From Macrostomum lignano (Eukaryota): a stretch of 64,000 nt of DNA. The stretch lies in assembly GCA_002269645.1 (NCBI GenBank), contig NIVC01000842.1, positions 1-64,000 of the forward strand, in the 5' to 3' direction. Below, in pieces: positions 61,101-64,000 of the stretch; positions within the stretch are counted from its first letter, which is position 1; each line of letters begins with the position of its first letter. The notes beneath the pieces were generated by a model. The model did no database searches. It worked only from the letters and a program-made list of their open reading frames with translations, and had not been told where the DNA came from. Both the position numbers and the translations under genes were made by a program.

Positions 61101-61144
61101 ATACTTTTAAATGCACAAACATACCCAGTTTCTGGTTTTGCCAT
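55191..61144 (-). CDS. ERICH3: ERICH3-like (glutamate-rich protein 3, DUF4590) protein; 5' module of the long gene model
   Basis: Exons: 61144-61125 (MAKPETG, GG|GTATGT), 59880-59787 (PLAQYNSLKDEHLAGYFNN...RHLVKAGL), 59698-59501 (ITRTGEV...LAQAIVHKSLDLER...), 58885-58628, 58316-58176, 58027-57403 (KVTLHYYG...VMQQHSGGNTLRVFYG), 57272-57086 (FVSRRHRGYPFSL...SACCEYKHR.G.RLG...APCYR), 56954-56860, 56567-56208 and 55346-55191. The motifs match ERICH3 as recalled. Confidence 0.88.
59120..59404 (+). mobile_element. 5'-truncated SINE, family A
   Basis: Reverse-orientation match to 47731-48020, lacking the tRNA head and ending GCCTCTAATAAAGAAG. Confidence 0.85.
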
Positions 61145-61548
61145 GTCAATTGTGTCAAAAAGATTGAAATCTAGCACTTTTGCTGAAACAAAAATGAAAG
61201 AAAAAAGAGAAATTAAAAAGTTGAAAAATGTCTTAGATATTCACTTATAAACAGATTTTTCTGTTTAATTTTGCAACTTAATCAAGTTTTTATCAGTGCA
61301 ATTTGCAAAATATTATTAAATTTATGTTATTTAGGCGAAACTTTATTATTTAATGCAACAATCTAGATGTTTTTTGTTTTAACGTTTGTTGAGCTACTAT
61401 TTTTAAATTTTGCTAAATAAACTGGATCGCATTTCCAACTGTGCGCTCTCTCTTACCAGAAGTTGTGTTTCTTTTACCCTGTAAAGAGTGACGGTGCTGT
61501 ATTTACCTATAAAGTTACCCAAAACACGTAGCGTAATATATGAAAAAC
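61145..61548. promoter_or_regulatory. Putative bidirectional promoter between ERICH3-like (-) and PSMD8 (+)
   Basis: The two inferred start codons diverge and are only 404 bp apart. Confidence 0.6.
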
Positions 61549-61659
61549 ATGTCCGGCAGCATTGCAACCGTTGCGAAAAGCTATGAGCTTCTTAGAAAGG
61601 AGTGGGAGCGAGACTCTTGTGACTTAAATCGTTGTGGAGAAATTTTAAAAACCCTAAAG
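61549..61659 (+). CDS. PSMD8: 26S proteasome non-ATPase regulatory subunit 8 (Rpn12), first coding exon; gene continues beyond the window
   Basis: MSGSIATVAKSYELLRKEWERDSCDLNRCGEILKTLK|GTACGA matches the Rpn12 N-terminus ([26 protein letters not shown]). No second exon was found in the window. Confidence 0.82.
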
Positions 61660-62601
61660 GTACGATATTTTTTACTTTAATAGTTTGTCTTTTCATTTTT
61701 TAGTTTTACGCCTTATATTTTTCTTATAGTTTTAGTATTAATGTAGAATCATACCATAACAAAATACTTACTTTTTTCTGTAAACGACACTAGCTAGGCC
61801 TACTGCTTAACTTGGATTAGATGGTGCATGTCTAGGATGGCCACACACTAAGGTGGCCACAATACAGGCATTGCTCTAAATTAGCTTATACAAAGAGAAA
61901 TAACTTTTAACCTCTTTAAATTACTAGGCCTATTGGCTGTTCTAGCTTCTGGGGTAGAGAGGAGTAAGAGGACCATTTTGTATCTTTAAATTCATTAGGC
62001 CTAATTAAAACTTTGACTATTAACAAGAGGCCTAATCAACAATTATAGGCCTAATTGTCAATAATACAGTATTGACTATAGATTATTCAAAAGCTAGGCA
62101 TATCCAAAAAACTACAAAGGCCTTATCTCTAGAATATTATACTCCCAAAGATGCTACCTATTTTTAGGGAAAAATTATTGAATGCAACAATGTCCCAGGC
62201 ACTCTAGTATTATGTACACAGTGTGCATCAAGGAGTCAGCAATGTTTTTTGGCATGCTTTATATAATAGCAGAATGTATAGAAAGGTAAAAATGTGTATC
62301 ATTTTAAAGTAAGTATTGTATTGTATGTAAATTTTAGGAGACAGATAATTAAACTTAAATAATTGAAAAAGTAAATAAATATATTTCAATTATAAATAGG
62401 AGAGCATATCAAAAAACAGTGTTTATAGGGATGTAGCCAAGAATTTCTTATGGGGGATATAGGGATATGAGTAGCTGCTGCTACTTGTATTTGCTAGCCT
62501 AATGGGTGGTAGTTCACAGGAAAAGTAAATGCTATAAATCAATTTTTTACACCCATCAACCAGGCCCACAGGGGGATATATCCCTGTATCCCCCTTTGCC
62601 T

Positions 62602-63876
62602 GGTTACCGGTTGTTTCGGTAACAAGTTGTTTCGGTGACAGACGTTTCGGTGACAAATAGTCGTTTTGGTGACAAGTTGCTTTTGATATAGACACACTTT
62701 ATTTTTTATAAAAAAATAAAGAATTTATAAGTATAGTCATTTTTGTGACAGGAGGTGCTTCATAATATCAGCTTGTAGTTATTTTGTTAAGATTTATGTT
62801 TTGTAAATACTTGAAAACTACCGTCTAAATATTAGTTATAGGAAATTTGGAAAAGAAATCAAACTAATCAATTATATGGTTTTCTTTCTGTGCAGATTGT
62901 TTTAAATTGTCCTAGAATATTCAAACACAACCTATAAACCTATAGAGAATCCTCATGAAATGCTGACTACAAGAAAAGCAGAGATATTCAGAAGACTAGA
63001 CACAATTGGTTCAATTGGATTAGAACCCTATTGGAATAAATGTTAAAAACCCGCGGACGCGCACTTTAGAAAAGAGTCAAACTATTTTACCACACTTTAG
63101 GATTATTAGAGATGTTCTGAAAGATCTGCAGTTTCATCGAAATCAAAATTCGCTAACTTTCCAAAATCAAAATTGAAATTTCAGGAAATCATAATTCAGA
63201 AAAACAAAGTTTTATATGATCAACACTCACTTTTTTACTTTCAATTTACTGCTTAAGCAAAAAGTAATACATGTATAAGTAGTAGAAAGTAGTTTATTTT
63301 TAGCAATTTTTTAGACACTACCAAAATTTTAACTTCTAATTTTTTTTTTGAAATTGAAATTCGCTCTGAAAAATTTCAAATTTTGGAAAATTGAAATTGA
63401 ATTTTTGGAACATCTCTAAGCTTAATAAATTACGAGTGTATAAGCCCCTTCAACAGAGGTATTATACCCATTTCCATGTATATGTATTTGCTAGAGCAGC
63501 AGCCAGTAAGAAAGAGCAGTGCACGCGCAGGCGCTGCGCCTGTGTGCGCGCTGCACTTTAGAAAAATTTCAAAAGTGCGCTGGACACTGTCCGCGGTTTT
63601 ACAACTTTTTCCTATAAGGGATTAGAAAACATAAATTCAAAAGATCACAACTCTGGAATTGTAATATAAACAAAATTAAATAAAGCAATACTTAACTGTT
63701 TCAGAAAATTACTAAAAAGTTAAAGTTTGACATCCCTTAGATTTTTAAGGTAATTTTACTTTTTAAAAACAAAATGGCTATCACCAAAGGGTATTTTTCT
63801 TGTCACCAAAATGACTTTTACTTCTCACCGAAACAACTGTCACCAAAACGTCTTGTTACCGAAACAACTGTAATCC
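62602..63876. mobile_element. Non-autonomous DNA transposon with subterminal repeats and an 8-9-bp TSD (hAT- or Mutator-like)
   Basis: The ends GGTTACCGGTTGTTTCGGTAACAAG and CTTGTTACCGAAACAACTGTAATCC are inverted. The element is flanked by the direct repeat (C)CTTTGCCT at 62593-62601 and 63876-63884. Confidence 0.8.
63046..63600. mobile_element. Probable nested MITE
   Basis: Inverted ends AAAACCCGCGGAC..GCGCACTTT and AAAGTGCGC...GTCCGCGGTTTT lie inside the 62602-63876 element. Confidence 0.5.
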
Positions 63877-64000
63877 CTTTGCCTATGCCATTGACTATTT
63901 ATTTGCAATCTCACATAAAATTACTCATTATATATAGTCATAATGCAAAAATGTCTTTTATCCTCACAGCACCCCAACTTGCAACCTGTCCCCTCCCCCA

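Overview
This is eukaryotic (metazoan) genomic DNA with spliceosomal introns and very dense mini/microsatellites. Its composition most resembles a free-living flatworm such as Macrostomum (inference only). I assembled four protein-coding loci by hand from GT-AG boundaries and reading-frame phases. (1) A PDE4/dunce-type cAMP phosphodiesterase (+, core exons 9270-21820) has three candidate alternative first exons, and four perfect CRE motifs lie in its 5' region. (2) A divergent two-exon innexin (-, 25535-29982). (3) A 28-exon, phase-continuous model (-, 42794-61144, about 1,920 aa) joins an ERICH3/DUF4590-like N-terminus, four PLAT/LH2 domains and an LRRC73-like RNI-type LRR C-terminus; a possible internal promoter could split or shorten it. 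(4) The first exon of the proteasome lid subunit PSMD8/Rpn12 (+, 61549-61659) lies head-to-head with locus 3. The rest is tandem arrays (one 4.3-kb array sits inside hAT-like terminal inverted repeats), tRNA-derived SINEs (including CORE-type copies), MITEs and a Tc1/mariner relic. There are no CRISPR arrays, rRNA genes or intact tRNA genes. Homology calls come from recognising motifs by eye and from memory, not from database searches. The most novel-looking item is the ERICH3-PLATx4-LRRC73-like fusion.
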